Part shown: piece after piece, positions 1 through 12,537 of the stretch
Layout of the letters: each line of letters opens with the position of its first letter
How positions within the stretch are numbered: the first letter of the stretch is position 1
Assembly (NCBI GenBank): GCA_002633005.1
Contig: NMRA01000745.1
Span: 99,815 to 163,814 of the forward strand
Direction of reading: 5' to 3'
DNA: 64,000 nucleotides
From: Phoronis australis
Taxonomy: Eukaryota; Animalia; Phoronida
Made by a program: the position numbers and the translations under genes
The notes under the pieces: generated by a model
The model's database searches: none
The model's input: only the letters and a program-made list of their open reading frames with translations
Told to the model about the DNA's origin: nothing

Positions 1-226
1 CTAATTTCAATTTCACGTGGCAGAGGTTGAGCTGTACACATGTGGGTAGTTGTTTACATTTATCGTAAACTATTTTGCCCGGGGTACGCCGCGAGCTAAG
101 TTGCAGAGTAAAACAAGAGGACGATTGCGAATACTGTAATTTATTAGGACGTAAAAAGGTAAAACTAACTAATACAGTCCTGCGCTTTCGTGGGCCTTTC
201 GACATAGAACGAGACTAACTGGAATT

Positions 227-1052
227 TTGATTTCAATTTCACGTGGCCGAGGTTGAGCTGTGCACATGTGGGCAGTTGTTTACATTCCCTTGTTCCGCTG
301 TTGTTTTCTTGCTTTAAAAAACAAAGTCACATTGAACTCTTTGGAAGGAACTGTTATTTCATTGTATTTATTTTTCTGTCGCTATTGTCGCGTACGTCTT
401 GGCTAATTAGAAACGCACACAAAACTAATTACATCAATACGACCTCTCAAACTTCGAACTAAAATAAATAAGATTACCCTGGACATTTTCACTGTAATTG
501 CTTAACGAAAATTGGGCAAGGGCTTGCCTCTGTCAGTTGTCTAGCTTGAATGGCAGCTGGCCGGCACAAAGGATGGCGTTACACAATGCCCAACGCTCCC
601 TAACATTCACCACTCCGACCCTACTCCGTTACGCTACANGTTGATTTCAATTTCACGTGGCCGAGGTTGAGCTGTGCACATGTGGGTAGTTGTTTACATT
701 CCCTTGTTCCGCTGTTGTTTTCTTGCTTTACAAAACAAAGTCACATTGAACTCTTTGGAAGGAACTGTTATTTCATTGTATTTATTTTTCTGTCGCTATT
801 GTCGCGTACGTCTTGGCTAATTAGAAACGCACACAAAACTAATTACATCAATACGACCTCTCAAACTTCGAACTAAAATAAATAAGATTACCCTGGACAT
901 TTTCACTGTAATTGCTTAACGAAAATTGGGCAAGGGCTTGCCTCTGTCAGTTGTCTAGCTTGAATGGCAGCTGGCCGGCACAAAGGATGGCGTTACACAA
1001 TGCCCAACGCTCCCTAACATTCACCACTCCGACCCTACTCCGTTACGCTACA
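227..1052. repeat. 412-bp direct duplication (227-638 / 641-1052) around a single N at 639; probable assembly overlap
   Basis: The copies differ at only 2 bases that I could find and abut an N. A third partial copy of the first ~55 bp lies at 5-60. Confidence 0.85.
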
Positions 1053-1942
1053 TGTATGCCAACTTGACTGCGCTAGCTACGCCAACGCTGCTGTCGCTCT
1101 CCATTTCCTCCCAACTAAATAGTCCTCGAGGTACGCTGCTACTTAAGATATATCTTGTCTTTCTTGTCTCGTTTTTGTCACCTGGACGATACTGTGTGTC
1201 AGTGGCGACGATGTGAGTGAATACCTACACATATTGTCGCTCCCAAAATGAGTTAAAGTGGTTCTTGGTTCTTAGGTGGGATGACTCAATTGGAGGTCCA
1301 ATGAATTATAAGAGAGTCAAGAACGTGAGCAGGTAGAACTTAGGAAAGATTTGGTATTTTTTATAATACCTTCGCCACATGCCAGGATTGTTATTTTTCA
1401 TTTTATTTTAATTTGATTTTCCAAAGAGAAACATTGGAAATATGACAAGAAACATGTTTCACTCCCTTCAATGCCAATAGCCTTCAACTAGACCTCTTGG
1501 ACGACAATACATGTTTGTATCGTGTGCGTTAATGTGTGCCGTGAGCGCATAAAAAGCACACATATTGGTTCCTTTTTTCTTTCTTCTCTACCCCCTGTTT
1601 CTTTCTTTTTTCTTCTTCTTTCCTTTTCTTTCGTTTTTCTTGTTTCTCTCTTTTGTCGCTCCTGATAGGATCCTTCATCACAATAATTCTCTGTTACTTA
1701 CTTTTGATTTGATTCCATGTTGAAGACCGCTGGGTAACGTCAACACATTTATAATCCCGACCACTATCAGCAAATACTTAGAGCCAATTCGTCGTCCTCC
1801 GAGTCAGCTTCTAATCGTCTCAGATGTATAGTACAAGGTATGACACTCGTCACGACTAGGAATTCCACGGGTGTCACTTCAGCCGTCCCTATCAAACACA
1901 TAAAAATGCGTTAACTTAAAAAAATGCGAAAGACAGGGATCT

Positions 1943-2353
1943 AACAAATCAAGAGCAATTGTTCTTTCTTCTGATAACATTTACGGTGTCCTGCTCCAGC
2001 GAGTTCGCTACAAACTCGCGGTCAAGGTACAAAAATCTTCCCAAAAAGCCGCTGGGTACTGTCAAGGTCTCAAACGGAAATTACCGATTTGTCACGGAAA
2101 GTCACAGCATCAACAAAGATACTATAAAATCTTTGACATCAATAACTCCACACTTATTCGTAACCTTCCGTGATAAACTGGCATTTGCCGTCCATCCGTA
2201 AATCACCGGATAATTTCGTACTGGCACATTGACAGTACGTTGCGGCCTTTGGGGAAGAATTTTGTGCTTTGACCGAGAATTTGATGCGAATTCGCTGGAG
2301 CAGGACATTGTAAATGCTATCAGAAGAAGGAACAATTGCTTATGGTTTGCTGA
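1943..2353. mobile_element. Foldback/MITE-like element with ~155-bp imperfect inverted arms and ~100-bp spacer
   Basis: 1943-2098 (agcaattgttctttcttctgataacatttac..ctgctccagcgagttcgc..) is the reverse complement of 2195-2353 (..gcgaattcgctggagcaggac..cagaagaaggaacaattgct). Confidence 0.7.
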
Positions 2354-3266
2354 AACCCTGTTTCGTGAGAATTTATTGAGTTCTGTGTTTGATATAGACG
2401 ACTGAAGGGAAGCACCCGTGGAATTCCTAGTCCCAAATGTGTACTGGGGACGATCAAAAGCTGAAGACGCATGCACTGGTGGTAAATGTTCACCAGTGAT
2501 GCGGCAGCGCTCCAACGCTATACTCCTAACAACTACTTGTTGCAAAATTTGGACGAGTTCATTTCCTGAACTGGCAGGGCTGGATTTTTTACGGCAGGCG
2601 TGCGTTCATTTGTGCTGGAACCTACGCTAGGACCTAGATAAAATCTTGCCGAAATCACGTGTTCTCATTTAAAATACACGACAATCTCTCACCTACTGCC
2701 GCGAAATCTAGCATTACTGGACAGGAGGGGGGTCTTTCTTTGGCAGAAACTGCTGTCACGCAGTCACTTAGTGGTTTTTCATGTCCTGTCGACGGCCGGG
2801 ATACCTGGGATTGAGCACAAAATAAGTTTTTACTACACATTTTTCCAAATTTACCTTTCCAGCAACATCACCTTCCTAGGGCACACGATCCTCGCATAGA
2901 TGTCGGTAGATAGGCGTATCTATTTTTCACTTTGTTTTTCTTTCTAATAACAATTACATAATGGTGAGCATTTATTGGCAACCGGCTGATGACCGCCTAA
3001 GGTACGATATCCGTGCAACGTGTATTGTTATATCCAACAAATACGCAACAAAGGAAAACAATGGTAGCGTCCCATAGGCGATAACCATGCGACGTGTATT
3101 ACTCCCGTCGCATGGATCTTGCAAGTTAAGCAATAGCTTGCAAAGTCCATACGACATAATTTTGCATTGGTCATAGCAACAGTCATGAAACTAAGTTTCA
3201 GAAAGTTGGAGGAAACTGATATTAGAAAATGTAATAATGTGGTCTTAAGTATGTTTCGTTTTGTAG

Positions 3267-3481
3267 CCGTAATCTAACGAATTTCGACTTTGAAAAGTTA
3301 ACTTTCAAAGTCTATCGTAATGGTGCAGTACAGAACCACGTACCGACAGTGCGTGGGCCCCTTGCCCCGAGATCACAGAACTCTTGGTGTGTTAACCAAT
3401 GGAGACTAGCGCAATCGATGAGCGATCGACCAGTAAAGTTCACCATCCCCGGCCCAATGACGATTGCAAACACTACTGCAG
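3267..3481 (+). CDS. Cobalamin-independent methionine synthase-like gene, first exon visible in window (internal, phase-2 start)
   Basis: ttgtag| acceptor, |gtatatg donor. Translates RNLTNFDFEKLTFKVYRNGAVQNHVPTVRGPLAPRSQNSWCVNQWRLAQSMSDRPVKFTIPGPMTIANTTA; the KxTxPGPxT motif is typical of the MetE C-terminal barrel. Confidence 0.85.
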
Positions 3482-4846
3482 GTATATGAGTTAGTTTCTT
3501 CATAACCCATATTTAGCAGAAACTCGATGCTTCCAAAATTTAATGTACATGTATTCTCAAAGCTAAGCCAATTCACGGGATACTGTATCCTTGATGCGGC
3601 ATATTCAGATTTTTCTAAGTAGGTTGGTAATATATCTCAACCGTGGTTACTAAAGTTGCATTTAAAGAGGTTTTGTGGATGAGCGCGTTTAGTTTGGTGG
3701 TCTGGTAGGAAAGTGGCGTTTACCTGTTGAAGCGGCGTGGTGGTGAAACAAGTTTATCATGATTTTTCTACACACGTGAGATGATACATGACCGTAGTCT
3801 TAGTCGCAATCAGATCCGGTTAAAGTAGTACATTCGGTTCCTGTCGGCTCCCCGACTCATTTCCAAACCAACACCATACTGCTTTAAAAGAAAACGCGCC
3901 CGTCAATCTCATTTTAGCACAATTCTGGGTTATCAAAAAAGTAACTTCTAAAACACCCTACTAGTAGGTAGCTTTTTACCTTTATCACAACTAGCCTCTC
4001 CGGGTACTTAAAGGGATGCTGAACCCTTTGTTTATGTGTAAGCATCGACCTCGTACTAAAATTATTGAAACTAGGCACTACTCAGTAGATCTTGAAGATT
4101 TTATTCAAATCCTTACAAAATCGATATTGGCTAAATCGGCACAAGAGACTAACGCTTTTGGGCGACTTAAGGTTACTGGACGACTGTAGGGAAATTCTGC
4201 TTCGTCTCAATCACCTGATTTTTTGTTGTTTAGAATCAAACAGTTAAAATACATCAGTGTGTCAACCAACCTTGTTTTTGGATGTTATGTTTACCAACTC
4301 TATTGCTGTGTCGGTCACCAGTCGATGGAATTTCGCTATCAGCAATGTGTGTAGCTTAGGTTTGTTTACTGACATCAATAAATGAACACCAGTGGCCTAT
4401 GTCACACTCAAAGGTGTGACACTTTTCAATACCATTACTGTCATCAGCCTCATATAACGTGAACAAATCGATAATCTAATTTATTAGTTTAATAACCTTT
4501 TTGATTCCCACTAGTGACACAATGGAATGCTTCATCGAGTTATCGTGTTTTTAGTTCCCCAAAATACCTCTAAGTATGCTATGTGTGTGCAGATTTACTT
4601 TCCCAAATTGTCCACAGCATGGCGCTGCATTAATATTTCATGATGGTAATGGAATGTTGTCAAGCAAATTGTTATCAGTGTTGAATGTTTCTCCAAGGGG
4701 TACTTGGGTTTCACATGATGTCTTTGTTTCACTATTTATTTTCAAGTTCATGATTATCTACGTTGGCCGAAGGGAATTGTAAAATTTTGCCAATGGGCCC
4801 TGATGATCAAACTCAAAAAGAAACATTCTATAGCCCTGACATTTAC

Positions 4847-5294
4847 TGGGGTTTGTTTTATGAAGAGTCACGTTAAGTCACAATTTTGGTCTTACGCTCC
4901 ACGTATCTATTCCTGAAATATATTTCGTCCTCACTTGAGCAAAAGTGCAAGCTCTCTGGGAGTATACACAAAAAATTCATTTCTTGGTTACTGTGATAAT
5001 TTATATAAAGTAAATTATTTCTTGACAGTGATGCACTCATAATTACTTGAGTAAAGACCTGTCGCAAGCTCCGCCCCCTAACGAAATGTCGGCACAGGAG
5101 CAATAAGTTTCACCCGGCAACGTTTTTGTCGGGTAAAATGGCGGCTTGGAAACGAAGGTGTGTCGAGAATGCAGCGTTCTGATTGGTCAATTAAGCTGTC
5201 ACTCAAAATCCTGGCGATAGGTCAAATGAAGTAGATGCGTAAGACCAAATTCCCGTCTTTTAAGTCTTAAACCACTTTCATGAAACAGGACCAG
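4847..5294. mobile_element. MITE in intron (Harbinger-like termini)
   Basis: Left gggtttgttttatgaag..ttaag..ttggtcttacgc is mirrored by right gcgtaagaccaaa..cttaa..ttcatgaaacaggacc. Confidence 0.55.
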
Positions 5295-5444
5295 CCTCTA
5301 AACTAAATCACTAATTTGGTTTTCGTTGTTCCAAAATAGGGTATCCACACTACTGTTGATCAATTTGTGTGCATTTTATTACTCGTAACTGGAACAATGC
5401 TGCTGTATAAGTAAATGAGAAGTTATGTTTTATATTTTTTTTAG

Positions 5445-5683
5445 ACGACTTTCATAACAACCCAAAAGAACTGAGTGAATCTTTGATAAAGTGCATCAAT
5501 CGCGAGGTTCGTGCTCTATCAGATGCTGGATGCAAACACATTCAAGTCGACGAGCCTTTGCTGGTGCGTATTCCGGAAGTGGCAATGGATTATGGTATCG
5601 ACCATCCTAGGAGGTGCTTTTAAGGAGTGGACAGCGATGTGACGAAGACAATCCATTTATGTTGCGGTTATCCTACACATCTG
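5445..5683 (+). pseudogene. MetE-like exon carrying the HxC zinc ligands and an in-frame stop
   Basis: tttag| and |gtaact splice sites, in phase with neighbouring exons. DFHNNPKELSESLIKCINREVRALSDAGCKHIQVDEPLL..DHPRRCF*GVDSDVTKTIHLCCGYPTHL. IQxDEP and HxC motifs present; TAA at 5621-5623. Confidence 0.85.
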
Positions 5684-6458
5684 GTAACTGTTTTGTTAAT
5701 ACATTGTACTTTCATGTAAGCAATAAAGGTGCTTGTGTGGGTCGAATGGAATGCTTTTAACAGAAGATCAAGCAGATTACAAGAGTAAGCTTACTTAGTG
5801 ATCCAGACAGGCTCGGCTATGTTATGTGCTTGAGGAACCTGGCTGCCGTGTTCCTCTGGGTTAAATCACCTGCGGAAGCTAACAGATTAGAAACTCGGCC
5901 TGTTTCACTGCACCTTTCTCTTTTTGACAAATGTATAGACGAACCGCTGAAGTCAGGAAGTCTTGTTTGTCCGGAACCACGATGGTATACCGAGGACAAT
6001 AACTGGCGAGTTTTCGAACCGATTACAATTATTTCCTCGTAAAAAAATTATCAGGATTACTTTGGCCCGAAACTAATGCGATAAAAATAGGTCAAAACAA
6101 ATGCGTTAAGGTTCGATTTTCTGATACACCGGTTAACTCATTTGGTTTTAGAGCTGTAAAATCTCACTGTTTCTAGAAATATACTTGATTTCAATCCCTT
6201 AACGTATTAAATCTGGTGTCGCATATTTCTTTTCTCACGTTAGTGATCTGTGAGTTTAGAAAGAACTGGTACTTTGCTATTGCTTGAAGTCAGATTCCAT
6301 AAGTTAGCTTGGCCAGGGAGATGTACATGTACATGTACTTGGCTAGCATTGCTTCAAGCCATAACGAACTATCAGTTCTACTGTAGTGCAAGGACTCGAG
6401 TAAGAAAGCTGTTGACAACGTTTCATAACACATTTCTATTTTTGCATGTGCAACGTAG

Positions 6459-6540
6459 GATGCTGAGAACTATCTCAAGGCAGAGCAAAAGGTGTATTTT
6501 GACCTGGCAGAAAAGCTTGACAACGCTGGTTTCGACGAAA
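6459..6540 (+). CDS. MetE-like penultimate exon
   Basis: cgtag| and |gtatgt; DAENYLKAEQKVYFDLAEKLDNAGFDE; phases fit both neighbours. Confidence 0.8.
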
Positions 6541-6703
6541 GTATGTGATATTTAATTATTGTCTATTCACATTACGAACAACAATAGCTTGGTTTGTAAC
6601 TCACACATATCTGCTTCAAACCTGACATTCAACAATAAACTTTACGAATTAGAAGCCTTTTATTTTGTTTTATTTTGTTTAACTTAAAATGATATTCTTT
6701 CAG

Positions 6704-6966
6704 TTTCCATCGAAGATGCTTGGCGATACAACGACCTCTCATTACTCGACAAGTTCAAGAAATCTACCATTGTTTTCGGGGTTCTTTGCATCGCGAGAAG
6801 TCAAGTGGAAACCGTCGACGAAATTGAGAAAAGAATCAAAGACGCTCTTAGTCATATTACCAGAGAAAGGCTCGTGATAGCACCCGACTGCGGCTTGGGG
6901 TTTCTTCCTAAAGACATCCTTCTCAGTAAACTGAAAAACATGGTGGAGGCGGCTACGAAATGTTGA
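6704..6966 (+). CDS. MetE-like terminal exon
   Basis: tttcag| acceptor. ISIEDAWRYNDLSLLDKFKKSTIVFGVLCIARSQVETVDEIEKRIKDALSHITRERLVIAPDCGLGFLPKDILLSKLKNMVEAATKC*. Contains the Glu ligand (SIE), the PDCG Cys ligand and the KLxxMV C-terminus. Confidence 0.9.
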
Positions 6967-7009
6967 ACACGCGTTATTCTCGAGGAAATAAATATGGTCA
7001 GTCTCCATA

Positions 7010-7987
7010 GGATACATGTAGCTCTAAAAACCCTTCGCCCCCCTCGACCCACAACCCAAAAAGCCCTCGACCCAGTCAATGCAAGCTCGACTGGATCTGA
7101 ATATAGAACCAGCGCTGACTTGCAGGACCAGGGAGTTGGGCCGTGATCTCGGCTGGGTTTTTCCTGTTTTTTTGAAATTCAGGAAGTCTATATTCGGCAA
7201 GTTTGAAAGCCAAAAACAGAAACAAACAACGCGACCAAATCAAATGAAAGACCCGCTACCAACGTTACAAATGTTGTTCTCGGCAGAGCGTAATCGTCTC
7301 GTCTGATCTTGAGTGAATAGCAGATTCAATTTGGTTGTGGAGAGAGCGAGGAACCTACAGAACTGTAATTTCATCAATAAATGCAGTTTGATGAAACAAA
7401 CTCTTGACTAAACGTATATTCTAAACGAGTATACAACAGAAAGCAAATAATTAAAATGTAAAATTATGTACATTCGCGTTACCGTACTCTTTACCTAAGT
7501 GTAGTAGAACTGGACCATGGGTAGCCGCTGGTGTAACTATTTCCGTAACAACAATACCGCGCTCTCAGTGCCTTATTTCAGATCACGTTCTCACGCCACT
7601 TAAATCACCAGACTAGAGCAAGAGCAGACTCGCGTGTAGGCTTGTACGTCCTACGGGATAGTCACTCAGCGGCATACATGTGTTGTGAAGCGTGACTTCC
7701 GGTTGTGATGACTGGTACACTCAGATAAAGCCTCTCTAAGCCGCTGGCCAAGCAGCAATTTCCTCTTTATCGCATGGTTTAGACGCTTGGTCGTCGCACG
7801 TGCAACCTGGGTTAAAGTCCCACCGGAGACACCGAAATTGTCTACACATGTAGTTCGATGCAATATGTAGGAATTGCAAAAACACACCTGTTGCCTCGAG
7901 TCGAGGGGCTGTGCGTCGAGGGGGTCGTTGGTCGAGAAGTGTGAGCAGTCAATGAGTTTGTGGATCGAAGGGTTTTTGGAACTATCC
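7010..7987. mobile_element. ~1-kb MITE just downstream of the MetE-like stop
   Basis: Left ggata(catgta)gctctaaaaacccttcg vs right reverse complement ggatagttccaaaaacccttcg; subterminal ccctcgac / gtcgaggg repeats in opposite orientation. Confidence 0.65.
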
Positions 7988-8927
7988 GTTTCCAAGTGAT
8001 TAAGAACTGCTCCTAAGCACTGTATCACTGGCAATTTCCCCAGCTCGTTGCATTTATATTACCCATGTGCAGTATGCGGCAAACCACGTGACTTTTGGTC
8101 AGCTGATGATATTACACGCCGCACATCTAGTGAACGTCTTGCTTTGGATACAATGACTGGTCTCGAGAAAAGTGCAATATTTTGCACGTGTGAAGCACTT
8201 GTACTGTACGCGGCTTGATTTTAGATAAGATTTTAAATTACAAAGACGGATATAGGGGCTCATCCCCACTTCAACCCCTCACAGACAGAGAGGGGCAAGA
8301 AAAAACTCGATCGTTTTCCTTCGAAAAATATGATATGTTTGTATGCCCTCTCCCTTACGACATCCTACATGTAGAACCGTCAGCACATTATTAACTGAAC
8401 CAGAGCTGAATTTTGAATAATTTTAGAAGAAATTTAAGGAATTTTTGATTGATTTAAACCATTCGATTAACACACCCAATAAAAGTACGAACAGCATGCA
8501 AGTGAATAACCAACTAATTTATTTCGAGTTTTTAGAAAGGTAATTGCGAATTAAATACAGTTACATCTAGTAGCGTTTAATTAGAGCCCCAATTATATTC
8601 TCATGTTTTTTACTACATTCAACACGGAGTCAAGTAACAGAGCACATTTTTCGCATTTTCTCAATTCAAGTGAGCTGAGCCTAAATGTTGACCATTGCGT
8701 CCAAGTAGGGGGTGCACTTTAATCGTTCCCGTACAGGCGCATGCTCCTTATTTCAAATAGGGCTGTCCCAGATTTTCACAGCGACACTCGAATCTCACCG
8801 CATTACCAGTAATACCGTGAATATTTGCTGCCTCGTTTTCTTGCCGCTGGGGTTTCAAATGTTATTTATTGCTTTCTGATTCTTGAAAAGATTTTTTCTC
8901 GGTTGCATTACTCAATTTGCCCTACCA

Positions 8928-9070
8928 ATGACAACGAAGTATTTCTGCTGTACTGTGGACAGCAACTCCGACGTGGGGAAGTTTGATAAACTGAAAAAAT
9001 ACCCAGAGATGGCGTGATCTGAATTTCTTCTCCTTTCCGACATCAATGAGAGACAAAAAATGCGAGTGAC
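8928..9070 (+). pseudogene. Possible decayed THAP-domain N-terminus (transposon-derived)
   Basis: MTTKYFCCTVDSNSD..KKYPEM, then after a frameshift DLNFFSFPTSMRDKK; resembles THAP CxxC..F.FP. Confidence 0.3.
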
Positions 9071-10629
9071 GTCCAAAACAAGGTCACGAATTTTCTTAAC
9101 TCCGGGACAAGGGAGAGTTCTATCGCCGTGTAATCCGGGACTGTCCTATTAGGTAGATTAAACAAACCAATTCACGTCCGTGTCCCATGTAAGAGGACAG
9201 GAGAGTTGTACATGTACGTGTATAAACCAACATTTTTCGAAATGCAGAAGGGCCCAAATGAGTATCTGCATTTCATATGGTAATACCTGCGTTTTTATTG
9301 ACTTATATACGATGTTAATGAATTTAAGTTCATAAAATGTGGTCTAAAATAAACTAGGCCTTCTAAAGTGGACACGTCAGAGCAAAGCGATCAAAATATC
9401 ACAAGAAGTAAACAGACGGGAGTCGGAATTCGGTCCAACAAAAACAGGCAGGGCCAATTCGTGTAGCATGCACAGACGGCATGTGGCGTGTTCTGATGCT
9501 GTGGCAGATTTAGGGGGGACACAAGAGCCATGCCCCCCGCCCCCCTTAAACTTCTTCCAGATTCATTTTGGCAATTCGGGGGTGGGGATTTCTGGGGGCA
9601 AAATCCGGGCCAATACTCTGTCCTAAACCCTCTAATCCAAAATCTTGGATTCGCTCCTGTAATGATATTTCTTTGCATTAGGTACACACCGAGTTTGAGC
9701 GGGACCTTAAACCAGGTGCTGAAATTTGCTGTTACTGAGCAAATGATATACCGTCGAAAAAGGCGCATGGGCGTTTTCGGATAATCCTGCAGACATTTGT
9801 TTGTTCTGGTTTGTTATTGTGTATATATCGTGTGACGTACCAGCGTCGATATGACACAGGCACATAGGCGGATTTAGGGGGACAGGGGGCTGCGGAAAAA
9901 AGGAAACAGTAAGAGCGTGAGGAAATACTGATTTTATCAACTAACTCCCGGTAAGAAAAATGGAAGATTCAACAATGTGGGGGGTAGGGCTCAGAGCCGA
10001 TTGGAGACAGTCGGCGCAATCAGTTCCTCCATTGTTTTTAGTCGCCCCACATCTCCAGAAACTCGACTTCACCCTACATTTTAGGCTCGGCCTGCACACG
10101 CAATCGTGCTTTGCGTGATTCACCGAGACAAAATGTCGGATCTCCCCTTATGATATCCTACATCCACCACTGGGACTAATGTCGGTATTTTTGTTTGGAG
10201 TCAACTTTCAGCATAGTAAACGGTTGGCAGTTGTGGTTGAGGATTAAAATAAAACCGTTTCATGGTCGAAAACTATGCATAGATAATGGCGTTTAGGCCG
10301 TATCTTTGTGTTGGGTATGGAGTTTTTTATAGGTCTAAGCCTTTGTGCATGTGCATTTGTTGGTCGCACTTTATGTCGTTTGTGGAATCTCCAGGCATAA
10401 TTATACATGTATGTCGTCTATCGGATTTTAACCGGCGGACCTAGTCCACTTTTTTGTTTTATTCAAAAATATCTTACGTGTATTAAATTTGAAATGAATC
10501 ACTAGAAATTGTTATACGTGAATCTTGAATTTTCCCAGTGCTAAATTATTCATGCACAGAACATTGGATAATTGGATTGACCTAATAAGACACGAAAGGC
10601 TCATGTAACTAACAATCCGTTTGGGAGTT

Positions 10630-10691
10630 TCACGTATGCTTAGTCTTGACAAAGATAGCCATTGCATCCGCTGTGCCCAGCTCAGGTCCGT
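10630..10691 (-). CDS. Secreted PAN-like + unknown-domain gene A, exon 5 (terminal)
   Basis: ttttgtag| then (D)GPELGTADAMAIFVKTKHT*; paralogous to 33813-33874. Confidence 0.8.
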
Positions 10692-10839
10692 CTACAAAAC
10701 ATAAAGGGATATCCATTATGCAGAACATTGGAAAGGAATTGATTATAATTTGCATTCTGTGCGAACTCGTTAGTGATATACAGCTATTCCCTAATAATCA
10801 AACACGTACATTCATCACTAGACTAATGGGAAAATGCCA

Positions 10840-11900
10840 TAATCTAGAAACGCTCTACAAGAGTGAGAATCCTCTTGTCGAAACGAAAATGGCTATTAGG
10901 CATGTTTTAGAGGTCAAATTCACTTGAAAAAGGGCGTCGACGGATTGATCTCTCACATCACTGGGTCATGACACATTAAATCCGTCCTTCAGTTACGCAG
11001 ATATCTTCCGAAAACACTCTTCTCCACAGAAGAAGTGAACGCATCCCTTGTCGAGATTGAAGTGGCCATAGTGTTGCATCTATGAAATCTGCTCGAAAAT
11101 CAACTAGTACTGGCGTATTGTTGTCAAATACCGTGTGTAAAGTACTGTATGTGCTTTAGCTGTACACAAATCAACCAGAAAATCTTCTGCAAAAATGCCG
11201 AAACACTAAAGCCCTCCCCCTTGCCCCTTAGCGATGCCCTACGTCCTTGTGCCAAATTTCATCAAAATACAAATAGATTTCGTGGTAGCGAGGAGACGGC
11301 AACTGGACAAACGGCCAATTGGCCATGGAGGGGTGCTGTATTAGCCAATCAAGTGATGCCAGCACACATCTGTTACATTCCTCTGTCCCAGGTGTTGGAT
11401 TGGAATCTGTACAAAGTTTTTCACATATCCACAATCGCTCATCCTCTCAGCAAGGAAAACCCTTGTCGAGACCAAAATGGTCTCCAAGAGGTGCTGCAGT
11501 GGTCTTATCTGCCAATATAAACGATTGTTGCCGAAGCATTGTTGTCACATACATTAGTGTAGAGATTTAGGTAAATCTATCAATTTCTTCTCTAGATATT
11601 ACCCGGAAACGCTAGTCTTCCCTAAACTACAGCTGAAAAAACCTTGTCGGGACCGCAACGGTGTGGCTGTATTTGTCGAATACGCCAGAAAACCGATTTG
11701 GGCCAGCGCGTTCTCGTCACATACCTCTGTGTCAAGTTTTTTTGGCGTCCATCGATTCTATCAGAGATGTGTTACTCAGAGAGTAATACATTTCTAGTTC
11801 TAGTGATGACATTCGGATTCGCTATTCCTCCAAAAAATACTGAAAAGACCCACTTACCTGCCCATGAGGTCGAGACAGATTGAAAAGTTTGATGGCGCGA
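10840..11900. repeat. Degenerate tandem array, ~170-240-bp period, in gene A intron 4 (satellite/HINE-like core)
   Basis: Recurrent gatat..ggaaacgct..ccttgtcgagaccaaaatgg..ttgtcacat; cttgtcg anchors near 10874, 11047, 11462, 11643; includes tgtgccaaatttcatcaaaat. Confidence 0.55.
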
Positions 11901-12355
11901 AAACGTACAATTCCTCGGAAGAAACCATGTTTCCTTATTTACATGTCTGGTTTCATTTAACTTGTTTTCGTTTTATTTTACTAACATAATTAGGAAACGG
12001 CGATAGCTGTTTAAGGGTATACATGTACTGTCACTCTTGTAGGCCAATCTCGCACCCTGCCTAAAATAGAGGGGCTCGAATTTCTCGGTATAGGTGTATG
12101 TGGTCTTTTCGCTGTAAAATGAACACGAGGACTATAAAAACGCGGTACTGGGTCCAGACCAATGGATCATGCAATCGCGCCGAATTCTTGTGGACTTTGT
12201 CTCGTTTTTTTCGGACTTTTTCGTTCTCTGGGGCGGACCTTTTTCCCCACTTCGTCGAATGGGGGACTCGTTCGAGCTCCTTTAGTCTCCTCTGGGTGCG
12301 CGCATGTAGGTAGAATTATTTTGGTTCATGTATGTTATATCAGTGTGAATTTTAC

Positions 12356-12537
12356 CTATTGCAGAGCTCCACTTCATCTTGGTCGGAGTCTTACTGTACC
12401 AAAACTGTGGGTAGTTGGAAACTCCGTTCTCCCAATCACAAACACCTTCACCGTCTATTACAGCGACCCATCCTGTGTCTTTGTCACAGCTCTCGTACGC
12501 GGTACTGATGAAAAATCGGCGGTGGGTAGTATATTCC
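12356..12537 (-). CDS. Gene A exon 4, copy 2
   Basis: gattag| and |gtaaaa; EYTTHRRFFISTAYESCDKDTGWVAVIDGEGVCDWENGVSNYPQFWYSKTPTKMKWSSAI. Confidence 0.75.

Noticed and set aside
253-876. Two near-identical 69-aa ORFs
   Set aside because: Non-ATG starts, no motifs, and they lie in a duplication around an N gap.
2984-3012. Second CTGATGA hammerhead-like core
   Set aside because: Has GATA rather than GAAA and no convincing stems I and III.
1-3266. Search for the 5' exon(s) of the MetE-like gene
   Set aside because: No TDGExRR-type or N-terminal GxxPxP motif found by eye; probably upstream of the window or lost at the gap.
4400-4452. Minus-strand CUGAUGA..GAAA resembling a hammerhead ribozyme, beside a tgtcacac/gtgtgaca hairpin
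   Set aside because: Stem II pairing is out of register with the GAAA core and no proper UH cleavage site adjoins stem I. An Infernal search would be needed to rescue it.
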